Of a stretch of 64,000 nt of DNA, positions 31,221 to 41,052 are shown in pieces. Made by a program: the position numbers and the translations under genes. Position 1 is the stretch's first letter. The number at the start of each line of letters is the position of its first letter. Origin of the DNA: Leptospira sp. (GTDB lineage Bacteria; Spirochaetota; Leptospiria; Leptospirales; Leptospiraceae); NCBI GenBank assembly GCA_034439575.1, contig JAWXAQ010000007.1:160001-224000 (forward strand), in the 5' to 3' direction. A model generated the notes under the pieces. It was given only the letters and a program-made list of their open reading frames with translations, was not told where the DNA came from and did no database searches.

Positions 31221-32429
31221 ATGAATATGCTTACCACTCGCAAAACTTTTCTTCCTTTTGCTTTGCCCTCTATCTCTGAAGAAGCGATAGAAGAAGTTGC
31301 CAACGTTCTGCGATCGGGCTGGGTAACATCTGGTCCTAAGGTAAAACAATTCGAAATGGAATTCGCTGATTTCGTGAATTCCCCGATTGCCATAGCGGTT
31401 AATTCCGCTACTGCTGGTCTCCATTTAGCACTAGAGGCAATTGGTTTAACAGAAAATGATGCTGTCATAACAAGCTCTGTTACTTTTACAGCAACGACTG
31501 AAGTTATTTGTTATTTTCAAGCCGAGCCCATTCTGACTGATGTTGACCCTATTAATAACCTCTTAACCCCTGAAACATTATTGGAAACGATAGACCGTGA
31601 TTGTTATTGGAACGGAAGCAATTTAATATCTAAAAAAACTTCGAAACAAGTGAAGGCAATTATGCCAGTACACCTAGCAGGTTACACTTGTGATATGGAA
31701 GCTATACTATCCATAGCAAAACGATATCGCCTCGTTGTGATAGAAGATGCTGCTCATGCTTTTCCCGCAGTTCATAAAAATAGAATGATCGGAAGTTGGG
31801 GTGATTATACAGTTTTTAGTTTTTATGCTACTAAAGGCATCACCACTGGTGAAGGTGGGATGATCACAACAAATGATCCTATTGCCGCTGATAGAATTCG
31901 TAAAATGCGACTTCACGGAATCAATCGTGATGCTTTCAATCGACCAGGTTGGTATTATGAAGTTGTCGAAGCAGGATTTAAATACAATTTATCTGATATC
32001 CAAGCCGCCCTAGGTGTCGTACAATTAAAAGAATCTCATGCATTCTGGGATAGACGAACTGAGATCGCAAAACATTACTTAGATGAGTTTAAAAATATCA
32101 AAGGTTTAACATTACCAAAAGAAGATCCAAATGGTATTCATAGCTGGCATTTGTTTCGTGTAGAACTTGATCCGAAACTAGCAAAACTTGGTAGAGATAG
32201 TTTTTCTGAAGAATTAAAAGAAAGAAATATTGGAAGTAGTCTCCATTTCATTCCTATCCATGAACATCCTTATTACAAAAAAACTTTTAACTTTGATCGA
32301 AATTTATTTCCCAATGCGAATAAAATGTATGACAGAACATTGTCTTTACCACTTTTTGCTGGAATGACGAAGCAAGATGAACAAGATGTAATTGATGCCG
32401 TTAAGATTTTGTTATGTGATGAATCTTAA
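31221..32429 (+). CDS. DegT/DnrJ/EryC1/StrS PLP-dependent sugar aminotransferase
   Basis: NSATAGLH, PVHLAG, IEDAAHA and SFYATKGITTGEGG motifs. Confidence 0.94.
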   Translation: MNMLTTRKTFLPFALPSISEEAIEEVANVLRSGWVTSGPKVKQFEMEFADFVNSPIAIAVNSATAGLHLALEAIGLTENDAVITSSVTFTATTEVICYFQAEPILTDVDPINNLLTPETLLETIDRDCYWNGSNLISKKTSKQVKAIMPVHLAGYTCDMEAILSIAKRYRLVVIEDAAHAFPAVHKNRMIGSWGDYTVFSFYATKGITTGEGGMITTNDPIAADRIRKMRLHGINRDAFNRPGWYYEVVEAGFKYNLSDIQAALGVVQLKESHAFWDRRTEIAKHYLDEFKNIKGLTLPKEDPNGIHSWHLFRVELDPKLAKLGRDSFSEELKERNIGSSLHFIPIHEHPYYKKTFNFDRNLFPNANKMYDRTLSLPLFAGMTKQDEQDVIDAVKILLCDES

Positions 32430-32430
32430 T

Positions 32431-33252
32431 CTATTCAGTTCTATTTTTTAAGAATTGCAAATCATAAGTAGTTAAAAGATCGATCAATCCTTCATAAAAG
32501 AGGGTATCGGTTTTATCTAAATTTCTTCTAACCCAAAACCCGACACATTGTCTGACCAATTTTTTATCATACAATTCATCACCCGAAAATATCTTAAAAC
32601 GAGAGGCTACATCAATTTCCTCACTATCAGTATACTCTGGATGCATAAACATTGAGTACTTTTCTAAATAGAATGGCTCAAGTCTTTTTAAGCTCACTAA
32701 GTCATGATACCTTTCTACTTCCCTTTCATAAAAAGATTCATTTGATCGCAATTTACGAATGACTACGAAAAATGTTCGCGCTAATTTTTGAACATAGATA
32801 TCGTAATTGTTTTGTGTCAAAACTTTGAAATTTGGATTCGACAAAGCTGGGATCAAAAATTTGCGAATCCGAACGGGAAATTCAGGATGATAATGACCAA
32901 ATTCATACAAATGATCGGTTACCAAACGATCATTCTCATGCGGGCCACTGACAAAATAGGGAACACCTAACAAATTTGAGAAATCTGAATATTTTACAAA
33001 AGAATTTAAAAAGCAAAAAAATTGGTTTATATTAGAATTTTTTAAATCTATAACTTTTAACGAACTACAGTTTGATTTAACTTTTGCTAATTCTAGCCAA
33101 GATGATTCTGCTAATAGTCGTAACCTATTTTCACTTTGCATCGAAATTGGTAATATACTAACTTTTCTCCATTCTTCTCGAAAGTTTGCTACACAACTAA
33201 CGAGAAGAAGAATTAGAAATAGTTTACTTAATCTTGTAACTAATTTCGGCAG
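32431..33252 (-). CDS. Hypothetical lipoprotein (possible CTG start at 33252; first ATG at 33141)
   Basis: The in-frame upstream extension reads (M)PKLVTRLSKLFLILLLVSC, a signal peptide with lipobox. Confidence 0.6.
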   Translation of the reverse strand: MPKLVTRLSKLFLILLLVSCVANFREEWRKVSILPISMQSENRLRLLAESSWLELAKVKSNCSSLKVIDLKNSNINQFFCFLNSFVKYSDFSNLLGVPYFVSGPHENDRLVTDHLYEFGHYHPEFPVRIRKFLIPALSNPNFKVLTQNNYDIYVQKLARTFFVVIRKLRSNESFYEREVERYHDLVSLKRLEPFYLEKYSMFMHPEYTDSEEIDVASRFKIFSGDELYDKKLVRQCVGFWVRRNLDKTDTLFYEGLIDLLTTYDLQFLKNRTE

Positions 33253-34633
33253 AAATATTTTCCCATTCAGAACTAGGATCCTTGCGAAAATAAACAGGAG
33301 AAACGGAAGGTGTTTTTGTCATACTATGATATAGTATCAAATCCGTTTCCTTTTTTTCAAAATACCGTTTATCGGACACAGCTGTCGTAACAAAATCTCC
33401 AATCGGAACCCAGCCGTATCCAGTGAGAAAAACCATCACAGCATCTTCGATTGATTTCGCTTTTTTATTTTCAAAACGTATCATTCTGTATGGCATTGAA
33501 GGAATTCCCAATTCAACCAGTCTTTCTCTAAATCCAGTATGCGTTAAAGCTCGAGTTCTTTCAGCATGGAGAGTCTCAATATAATCTCTTAACAATAATT
33601 TTGGATCTTCTTTAGATTTGTCATAGTAAGTTAGAATATCAGGTGGGTAAGAAGACTCCCTGTTCAAATAATCTTCACCAATATAATATTTGATAAATTG
33701 ATTTCTTGAAGTGAATTTATATTTTATCGTTTGTTCTCCCGCAGAATCTTCAATAGACATTTTCTTTAGGTGGACTCTGTTTCTATGTACAAAAGTAGGT
33801 TTATAGGTTGGATCTGTAAACTTAACAGATCTTATACGTTGACCTTCATTGGAAAGAGGATGTAAAATTGCTATTTGGGCTTTTGAAATAGAAACGGTTT
33901 CTATTTTAAATTTTAAAGTAACTTCTAAAGTATATTCTTCTTCACCAGATGCGATAAATCTTTCCGTTTCCACGAAAGGAATATTTTTGATTTCGTGACT
34001 ATCTCTATCAACTACCCAAATCTTTGATCCGCTTAATAAAACACCACGTACTGATTTTAAATTTGTTTTAATTGAACCAGTGATCTTTCCCGTTTTGGCA
34101 TCATAACGATAAATACTATTATCTGATGAATCTGATATCCAAATTGAATCACGTCCAAAACAAATATCTCGGGGACGAGTGCGATCTGTGAAAAATCCCC
34201 CCACCATAATTGAACTGGCTTTATCATATATATGAACTTTTGAATTTTCTAAATCAAGCAGATAATAAAAATTACCTACACTTGCAATACCACCTATGTT
34301 TTGAATAGGAACTGAAATTTTATCTGTAATACCGCCGGTATTGGGATCAATTTTAAGAACTACTTTTGGGGCAACAACTAACAAACGTCCTTCTCTAGGA
34401 TCAAAAGTGATACCTCTAAGACTTGCCAACCCTAAATTATATATTTCTTGTTCACCAATTTCATTGATTTTAATAAGTGCGCGACGAGTCGTATCGATAA
34501 ACCAAAAGTTTATCCCATCCCAAGCCAATCCATAGGCTTTATCTGTTAATTTGTATTCTTTACTTTCTTGGGCAGAAAGAGAAAATGCGAATAAACTAAT
34601 TATGAATAATTTCGAAATGATAAACTTTTTCAT
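33224..34633 (-). CDS. Exported beta-propeller protein with degenerate transglutaminase-like C-terminus
   Basis: Signal peptide; repeated G(L/I).(W/F)D...W..D blades; LGIPS and FLTGYGWVP near the C-terminus. Confidence 0.6.
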   Translation of the reverse strand: MKKFIISKLFIISLFAFSLSAQESKEYKLTDKAYGLAWDGINFWFIDTTRRALIKINEIGEQEIYNLGLASLRGITFDPREGRLLVVAPKVVLKIDPNTGGITDKISVPIQNIGGIASVGNFYYLLDLENSKVHIYDKASSIMVGGFFTDRTRPRDICFGRDSIWISDSSDNSIYRYDAKTGKITGSIKTNLKSVRGVLLSGSKIWVVDRDSHEIKNIPFVETERFIASGEEEYTLEVTLKFKIETVSISKAQIAILHPLSNEGQRIRSVKFTDPTYKPTFVHRNRVHLKKMSIEDSAGEQTIKYKFTSRNQFIKYYIGEDYLNRESSYPPDILTYYDKSKEDPKLLLRDYIETLHAERTRALTHTGFRERLVELGIPSMPYRMIRFENKKAKSIEDAVMVFLTGYGWVPIGDFVTTAVSDKRYFEKKETDLILYHSMTKTPSVSPVYFRKDPSSEWENISAEISYKIK

Positions 34634-34645
34634 ACATCTTAATCC

Positions 34646-35563
34646 TTAGAAAATATTAATTAAAAATTCAAATGCGTTTTGTAATAGAGTGGGCTGGTTC
34701 AATTCGCTTCCTAACATGATAGGTTTTGGAACAAAAATAAATATTAAAGCCACTAACATAAAATAACCCAAAATTTTTCTAAATTTACCTAACCCATATT
34801 CAGAATCTCGAATAAATGGATGCTCTACCTTTAATAGATAATAAATGATAAATCCCCAAAGTAACCATGTAAAATGAATCATTGCTAAAAATAAAAAACT
34901 AATAAATAACCAATATATCCAATTTCGATATTTCTCACCAAAGACTGCATAAATAATATGTCCGCCGTCCAATTGGCCAAAGGGCAATAAGTTTATGGCA
35001 GTGATTAGAAGTCCGACCCAACCAGCTCTTGCTAATGGATGAATATTAACATCCATTAGCCGTGAATCAAAAGGACCGAGTATCCACTGATTTGAGTAAT
35101 AAGTAAATAAACTCTCCCCAAATATTGTAAAATTTTCTAGATTCAAACTTTTATCTAATGTTATAAGCTCGGACATTGATATTCCTATTACCCAAGCTAA
35201 CATAGATAAAACGAGACTCACCATTGGTCCACCAATCCCAATGTCAAAGAGAGCTTTTTTGTTCGGAATGGGTTCTTTAATTTGAATCACTGCACCCATT
35301 GTACCAATTGGCCCCAAAGGGAAGGGAATGAAATAAGGTAACGTAGCTCTAACGCCATAATACCTTGCAGGAATATAATGACCCATTTCATGGCCGAATA
35401 ATATCAATATCAAAGAGACAGAGTATGGCCATTCGGAATAAAAGATATTGGCATATCCTTTCCAGTCTAAAGTATAAATCCCGTAATATAAAAATTCTCT
35501 ATAGGTCAAACTTAGAAATGTAAGTACAAATAATAAAATGTGTAAGAAATATCTATTTTTCAA
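34646..35563 (-). CDS. Site-2 protease (M50) membrane metalloprotease
   Basis: HEMGH and NLLP.GQLDGGH motifs; multiple TM helices. Confidence 0.93.
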   Translation of the reverse strand: MKNRYFLHILLFVLTFLSLTYREFLYYGIYTLDWKGYANIFYSEWPYSVSLILILFGHEMGHYIPARYYGVRATLPYFIPFPLGPIGTMGAVIQIKEPIPNKKALFDIGIGGPMVSLVLSMLAWVIGISMSELITLDKSLNLENFTIFGESLFTYYSNQWILGPFDSRLMDVNIHPLARAGWVGLLITAINLLPFGQLDGGHIIYAVFGEKYRNWIYWLFISFLFLAMIHFTWLLWGFIIYYLLKVEHPFIRDSEYGLGKFRKILGYFMLVALIFIFVPKPIMLGSELNQPTLLQNAFEFLINIF

Positions 35564-35738
35564 TTGGTTTACTGCTGATGGAAAATTGCTATTCTATAGG
35601 ATGGACGATAAGAAAGTTGGAATCAATTCAATTTTAAAAGAAATTTCACTATTTTACTCTACTTTAATTTTAATTAGTTGGGGATTATAGGGAGATATAC
35701 GAATTTATATTCTTAATTTTTATTTGGTAAATGCTGCT

Positions 35739-36467
35739 ATGTTCGAAAATATTAAAGTCATCAGAAAATTTGATCCCGCGGCAAAATCATACTTAGAAAT
35801 TATTCTTTGTTATCCAGGCCTTCATGCGATTTGGCTTCATAAAATTTCTCACTTCCTCTATAAAATAAATGTTCCACTCTTTCCCCGATTGATCAATTAT
35901 TTCACCAGGTTTTTAACTGGGATAGATATTCATCCAGGTGCAAAAATTGAAAACGGAGTTTTTATCGATCATGGGACAGGAGTTGTCATTGGTGAGACAG
36001 CCATTGTTGGCACTGGATCCCTAATCTTTCAAGGTGTCACTCTCGGTGGTACTGGTAAAGAATCTGGCAAAAGACATCCGACAATCGGTAGAAATGTAGT
36101 TATCGGTGCTGGTGCCAAAATTTTGGGAAATATAACCATCGAAGACCATGTAAGAGTTGGAGCTGGATCAGTTGTTATGCGAAATGTTCCTGCAGGCTCA
36201 ACTGTAGTCGGTATCCCAGGGAAAGTTGTCAAAGGAATGGATGCTTCAGATTCAACAGAACAAATGTTAGATCACAATCAAATGCCGGATCCAATCGCTA
36301 AAGTTTTTTCAGTACTTTTAGAAAAAGTGGAAACACAACAACATTTGATTAATCAATTATTCGAAAAACAAAGAAAATTGGAAGAAACAAATCCGGGTGA
36401 ATCATTGATTACGAACAAGGAAGATGATTTATTGATCCAAGAATTCATTCATGGCGATGGGATTTAG
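35739..36467 (+). CDS. cysE: Serine O-acetyltransferase
   Basis: DPAA, YPGLHA, DIHPGA, IDHG.GVVIGET, GGTGKE.GKRHP and hexapeptide repeats. Confidence 0.96.
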   Translation: MFENIKVIRKFDPAAKSYLEIILCYPGLHAIWLHKISHFLYKINVPLFPRLINYFTRFLTGIDIHPGAKIENGVFIDHGTGVVIGETAIVGTGSLIFQGVTLGGTGKESGKRHPTIGRNVVIGAGAKILGNITIEDHVRVGAGSVVMRNVPAGSTVVGIPGKVVKGMDASDSTEQMLDHNQMPDPIAKVFSVLLEKVETQQHLINQLFEKQRKLEETNPGESLITNKEDDLLIQEFIHGDGI

Positions 36468-37303
36468 AGATTTTTTAATATTTCCTTTTTTTTATTCTGA
36501 TATTCCTCTTCTGTAATTAATTTTTGGTTTTTGATTTCTTCCAATGCCTTCAATCTATCTTTGATTGAATTTGGCTGACTAATATTAGTTAGCTCATCTT
36601 CTTCAAGGATTCTGAAAATGGGCGGATTTGGTAGTAGGCTTTCATCACTAACGATAAGGATTCTCTCGTAATCGTTTGGTTTTCCTCCTACTTCTTCTCT
36701 ATAAAAACTAGCAGGTATTTGGTTTGATTTTAGTTTTAAGATAGATTTGTATGTTTTTTCAATTTTTGGAATTTGATATAAAGTCCAATCATCAAAATTG
36801 TACTGAGAGGCAAATGTGATATTTTGTAAAATATCCGGAATTCCGATAACTAATCCTTTTTCTGTTTTCAAAACTAATAAACTTGTCCGTAAGACTTTTG
36901 TTAGCGGAGACAAAGGATCATCTCTTTTAATCAGAATCAAATAGGCAATTGCTGGATTTTTTTTAATTGCATTAGCAAAAAGAATTTTTATCTCTTTTAA
37001 TTCATTTGAACGAAAGAGTGGCTCCCAATTTTCAGATGAAAAAATTCCTTTCCTCAAGGATAGAAGACTTAAATATTCTGTCAGATCAATTTCCTCTTGG
37101 AAGATCATTGATTTATTGCTTATCTGAATTGGTAGGATACTTTCTAAATTATTTTCTTGAATCGAAAATATGGCAATGTCTCCCGAAGAAGAGACTAATT
37201 TCAAATCTAGGTCCTTCTTTTGCATCGAATTACAGCTATATAAAAAAATAGAAACGCCGATGAATAAATAAGAGAGATTTGAAATATAGAAATGGCTTTT
37301 CAT
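36464..37303 (-). CDS. Lipoprotein with C-terminal SHOCT-like domain
   Basis: Lipobox FLYSC; ends RLKALEEIK...LITEEEYQNKKKEIL. Confidence 0.75.
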   Translation of the reverse strand: MKSHFYISNLSYLFIGVSIFLYSCNSMQKKDLDLKLVSSSGDIAIFSIQENNLESILPIQISNKSMIFQEEIDLTEYLSLLSLRKGIFSSENWEPLFRSNELKEIKILFANAIKKNPAIAYLILIKRDDPLSPLTKVLRTSLLVLKTEKGLVIGIPDILQNITFASQYNFDDWTLYQIPKIEKTYKSILKLKSNQIPASFYREEVGGKPNDYERILIVSDESLLPNPPIFRILEEDELTNISQPNSIKDRLKALEEIKNQKLITEEEYQNKKKEILKNL

Positions 37304-37804
37304 AAAAATATGTTTTATCTAAGAATATTTTTTATCATCTATCTAGTGACATTTCAAGTATGTGCAAATAGTATTCCACAGTTTTCATTTCAGGATCAAT
37401 ATGAAAATAAAATCGAGACAAAAAATCTTATCGGTAAACCTTCTATATTATTAGGCTGTGAAAAAGAAGATATCGACTTATGTAGAAAAATCGGTAGAAA
37501 AATATTTTGGAAGCTACAGAATCTATTATGGAAAGATAGTTCCAAAGTTAAATTCATTGCTTATCTCAATCTTAAAGAATCCAATAAACTGATCGAAAAA
37601 TATATTTCTGAATCAAAAGAAAAACAATTTGAAAGTATTTATTTTGATCGCAAAGGTGAGCTTTCATTGGGTCTAAAGTCAGAGCGTGTATATTTGCGTA
37701 TCTTTAATTCAAAAGGCAATGAAATATTCAATTCCCATATTGAAGTCATAACAGATGAACAAATTCTTTCAATTCATCAAATTCTTAAGAACGAAATCAA
37801 ATAA
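37292..37804 (+). CDS. Hypothetical exported protein, possibly thioredoxin/AhpC-like fold
   Basis: Signal peptide; PQFSFQDQY....L.GK, I.FDRKG.L...L and IFN.KG patterns; no CxxC. Confidence 0.5.
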   Translation: MAFHKNMFYLRIFFIIYLVTFQVCANSIPQFSFQDQYENKIETKNLIGKPSILLGCEKEDIDLCRKIGRKIFWKLQNLLWKDSSKVKFIAYLNLKESNKLIEKYISESKEKQFESIYFDRKGELSLGLKSERVYLRIFNSKGNEIFNSHIEVITDEQILSIHQILKNEIK

Positions 37805-38993
37805 ATTTTTATATTTAACTTTAATTTTATGCGTTAGCTGCCAAAAGCCAAACAAAGATTACTTTGAATTTTGGAATAGTTATCATAAATTTCAGACTAC
37901 CTTAAAGGATACTACGCATAATCAAAATTATCTTTTTGCTTTGAATGGAGTCATCTCCAAAGAAAAACTGTCTGATTTTAAACTAGATCAAAATGGAAAC
38001 CCATTCTTAGAACTGGGCGGAATTTTTAAAAACGAACAATGGAATTTAACATGGTACCCAGAGAAAAATACTAAGTATGATTATTATAATATAGTCACAT
38101 TTGTTCCAGTCAATTGGGATTCAAAACCTATCTACCAAGTCCAACGCCAATTAACAAGCAATTGGAACGGGTTCCAGCCTAGATACTTTTTCTTTTGGTT
38201 AAATGAATTTTTATTAAATTTAAACGATAAAAATCATTATGAAAATTTAAAAAATCAGATTCCCAGTTTCAAATTTTTATGTGAAACATTTGCATGTGAA
38301 TTTGTCACAGAAGGTAACTATAAAATTTTAAAGTTCTCCTTCACAGAAAATACAAAAGATAAATTCCCCGATTTTTATAAAAGGTTCGGCTCTCGCTTAG
38401 AAAAAACAAATTTATTAATGAAAATATTTGATAAACATTTTCCTGAAGATGTTATACTTATAAGTAATGAAAAAACTACTATTAAGATTCAATTTAAGAA
38501 TCAACCAAGAAATGCATTTTTCAAACACCCAAATGATATAGAGATTATTTCGAATATTAAAATATCTTCATATGGATTACAGTATGAAATTTTAGGTCTT
38601 AAATATAATATAAATCTTAAATCAATGGGAAATAAAGATGTACTTTCTGGAAAATTTATAAATTTTGAATCAAGAAAATTGACAGGCAATTTTTTATACT
38701 TTATCCCGACTGGGATCATAGATTTTTTTATACCTGGCAATATTGACGAGTATTTATCAAACGCACTCACTTTGTTAGTTTATGGAACGCAAGGAAAAGG
38801 CGGTGCCCAATTTAATGCCGAATATGAAAAATTTCCAAACTATCAAAGAAATCGCATCACATCTTATAGTGAAATCATGCAGTCACGCTTTTCTCTATTT
38901 GGAGCTGATTCTAACACAAAAGAAAATTCTAATTCTGACTTTTTTCTCCAATGGGAACATACAATCTTGAAAGATTTATCAGGTCTTAAATAG
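37755..38993 (+). CDS. Hypothetical lipoprotein
   Basis: 412-aa ORF with lipobox LCVSC. Confidence 0.65.
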   Translation: MNKFFQFIKFLRTKSNKFLYLTLILCVSCQKPNKDYFEFWNSYHKFQTTLKDTTHNQNYLFALNGVISKEKLSDFKLDQNGNPFLELGGIFKNEQWNLTWYPEKNTKYDYYNIVTFVPVNWDSKPIYQVQRQLTSNWNGFQPRYFFFWLNEFLLNLNDKNHYENLKNQIPSFKFLCETFACEFVTEGNYKILKFSFTENTKDKFPDFYKRFGSRLEKTNLLMKIFDKHFPEDVILISNEKTTIKIQFKNQPRNAFFKHPNDIEIISNIKISSYGLQYEILGLKYNINLKSMGNKDVLSGKFINFESRKLTGNFLYFIPTGIIDFFIPGNIDEYLSNALTLLVYGTQGKGGAQFNAEYEKFPNYQRNRITSYSEIMQSRFSLFGADSNTKENSNSDFFLQWEHTILKDLSGLK

Positions 38994-39591
38994 TAAGAAA
39001 ATTTTTTAAGAGGAGTTTACCTTCTTCCGATCCAAAAGATTCAGGATGAAATTGTACTCCTTCAATTTTTAGCGATTTATGCCTTAAGCCCATGATTTCA
39101 CCCATAGCGGTTCCATCATTTACTCTCGCCGTAATTTCAAGATCTTTTGGCAAAGAAGTCTCGTCTGCTATCAAAGAATGGTATCTCATGATTTCTATAT
39201 TCTGAGTGATATTTCTAAAAACACCTTTCCCATCATGCGTGATAGGTGACAATTTGCCATGCATAGCAATTTTTCCACGAACAACCTTACCACCAAACGT
39301 AGTAGCCATTCCTTGCATACCTAAACAAATCCCAAGTATCGAAGATGAATTTCCCAATCTTTCCAAAATTTCTCCGGAAACTCCAAAATACGCTTTATCA
39401 GCTGGATGACCCGGCCCTGGAGAAATAATAATATGATCATAGGTAGATGCTTTTATCTCTTCAAAATTCTTTTGATCATTTCTAAGTACATCCAATACGA
39501 AGGGAAGCTCTATATCTTCCAGAATCTCTCCAATGTATTGGTATAGATTATAAGTAAAAGAATCATAATTATCAAGGAGTAAAACTTTCAT
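38986..39591 (-). CDS. trpG: Anthranilate synthase component II
   Basis: DNYDSFT, SPGPG, GICLG.Q and QFHPES motifs; ATGA overlap with trpE. Confidence 0.9.
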   Translation of the reverse strand: MKVLLLDNYDSFTYNLYQYIGEILEDIELPFVLDVLRNDQKNFEEIKASTYDHIIISPGPGHPADKAYFGVSGEILERLGNSSSILGICLGMQGMATTFGGKVVRGKIAMHGKLSPITHDGKGVFRNITQNIEIMRYHSLIADETSLPKDLEITARVNDGTAMGEIMGLRHKSLKIEGVQFHPESFGSEEGKLLLKNFLTI

Positions 39592-40973
39592 ATGTTCTTA
39601 TTCTTGTTATGTGAATTTAGAGCTTTTTTAACGGAAGCCATTTTATTTACTATTTCTTCATATTCGTTTTTGGCAATGGAATCATACACGATACCTCCAG
39701 AGGCGCGAGCAAATCCTTTTCCACCAGCCACAAAAAGACTTCGAATCGGAATAGCAAATGTACAATCCCCATTAAATCCAAAAGTTCCAACTGCGCCACC
39801 ATACGGGCCACGAGGACTTTTTTCTATACGTTCGATGATTTTCATAGATTCTATTTTAGGGGCACCAGAGAGAGTTCCTGCAGGAAAGGAAGCCGCTAAT
39901 CCTGAAAACATATCATGTTTTGATTTTAATATGCCAACAACTTCACTGGATATATGTTGTACATGGCTAAAACGTTTGATATCAAATCTTCGCCTAACTT
40001 TGACTGTTCCAAATTTAGCAACTCGCCCAATGTCATTTCTATGAAGGTCAATTAGCATATTGTGTTCTGCAATTTCTTTTGGGTCTGTTAATAGTTGCCT
40101 TGCAAGAACTGTATCCTCTTCAGCATTCTTTCCCCGACGAATGGTGCCTGCCAAGGGAAAAGATTCCATTTCACCCTGACGTAGTCGGAACAATAATTCT
40201 GGACTAGCTCCGAGAATCACTCTATTTTTAAACTTAACATAATACATATGAGGCGAAGGATTGATTTGTCTTAATGTTTCATAAATAGCTAATGGGTTCC
40301 CACTGACTTGGAATTTCTCTTCAAATCCTATTTGGCATTGGAAGGTATTACCAGCTCTAACTTCTTCTAAAGTTTCTTCCACCATATTCTTATGGATACT
40401 TTCAGTCACGAGAGGCTCATTAGATTCTATCTTTGCTTCTGGTTTAGGTGTTTCTTTTTTCGAAGCTATTGTTAAAATATTTTGAATTACTTCTACACGA
40501 TTCTCATCATTCGTAAAATAGATAAGTTCACCAGTAAATTTATCATAAATTAAACCATCCAAATAAAGGCCAAATTCCATAGCAGGAAAATCAGGGTGAG
40601 ATGTTATTTTAAGTTTTGGTTCAAAGAACTGCATCGAATTATAACTTAAATATCCAACTAGTCCGCCCGCATAACTAATGCTTAGTGAATCAAAATTGGC
40701 AATATTTCTTAACTCGTAATATGGATTTTCCACAGAATAGGATTTACCGTCGATTTCGAGAGTTCCAATATTTCCGATGATTGTATGTTTTGGATCAAAT
40801 CCTATGACTGAATAACGGGAATCATATTGATTTTCACCGGCGGATTCTAAGAGAAAACAAGTATCAAATTGTTTTTCAAAGCTTCGAAATAATTCCCAAA
40901 ATTCTAATTCTTTCGGTAACTCTAAATAGGAATAGAATGGTTTTTTGGGAATTTGAAACTTGGGAATCGACAT
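39588..40973 (-). CDS. trpE: Anthranilate synthase component I
   Basis: LLES, NPSP, SPE, PLAGT, AEHNMLIDL.RND, PAGTLSGAPK and RGPYGG motifs. Confidence 0.9.
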   Translation of the reverse strand: MSIPKFQIPKKPFYSYLELPKELEFWELFRSFEKQFDTCFLLESAGENQYDSRYSVIGFDPKHTIIGNIGTLEIDGKSYSVENPYYELRNIANFDSLSISYAGGLVGYLSYNSMQFFEPKLKITSHPDFPAMEFGLYLDGLIYDKFTGELIYFTNDENRVEVIQNILTIASKKETPKPEAKIESNEPLVTESIHKNMVEETLEEVRAGNTFQCQIGFEEKFQVSGNPLAIYETLRQINPSPHMYYVKFKNRVILGASPELLFRLRQGEMESFPLAGTIRRGKNAEEDTVLARQLLTDPKEIAEHNMLIDLHRNDIGRVAKFGTVKVRRRFDIKRFSHVQHISSEVVGILKSKHDMFSGLAASFPAGTLSGAPKIESMKIIERIEKSPRGPYGGAVGTFGFNGDCTFAIPIRSLFVAGGKGFARASGGIVYDSIAKNEYEEIVNKMASVKKALNSHNKNKNI

Positions 40974-41052
40974 TTTATTACCTTAATTATAATTCAATTA
41001 CCAAGTTAAAAAAGAAATGTGAATTATAAATAAAAAAGGAAAATCTTAATTA

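Noticed and set aside
31221-32429. Antibiotic or O-antigen biosynthetic cluster around the DegT aminotransferase
   Set aside because: No neighbouring glycosyltransferase, dehydratase or PKS/NRPS genes.
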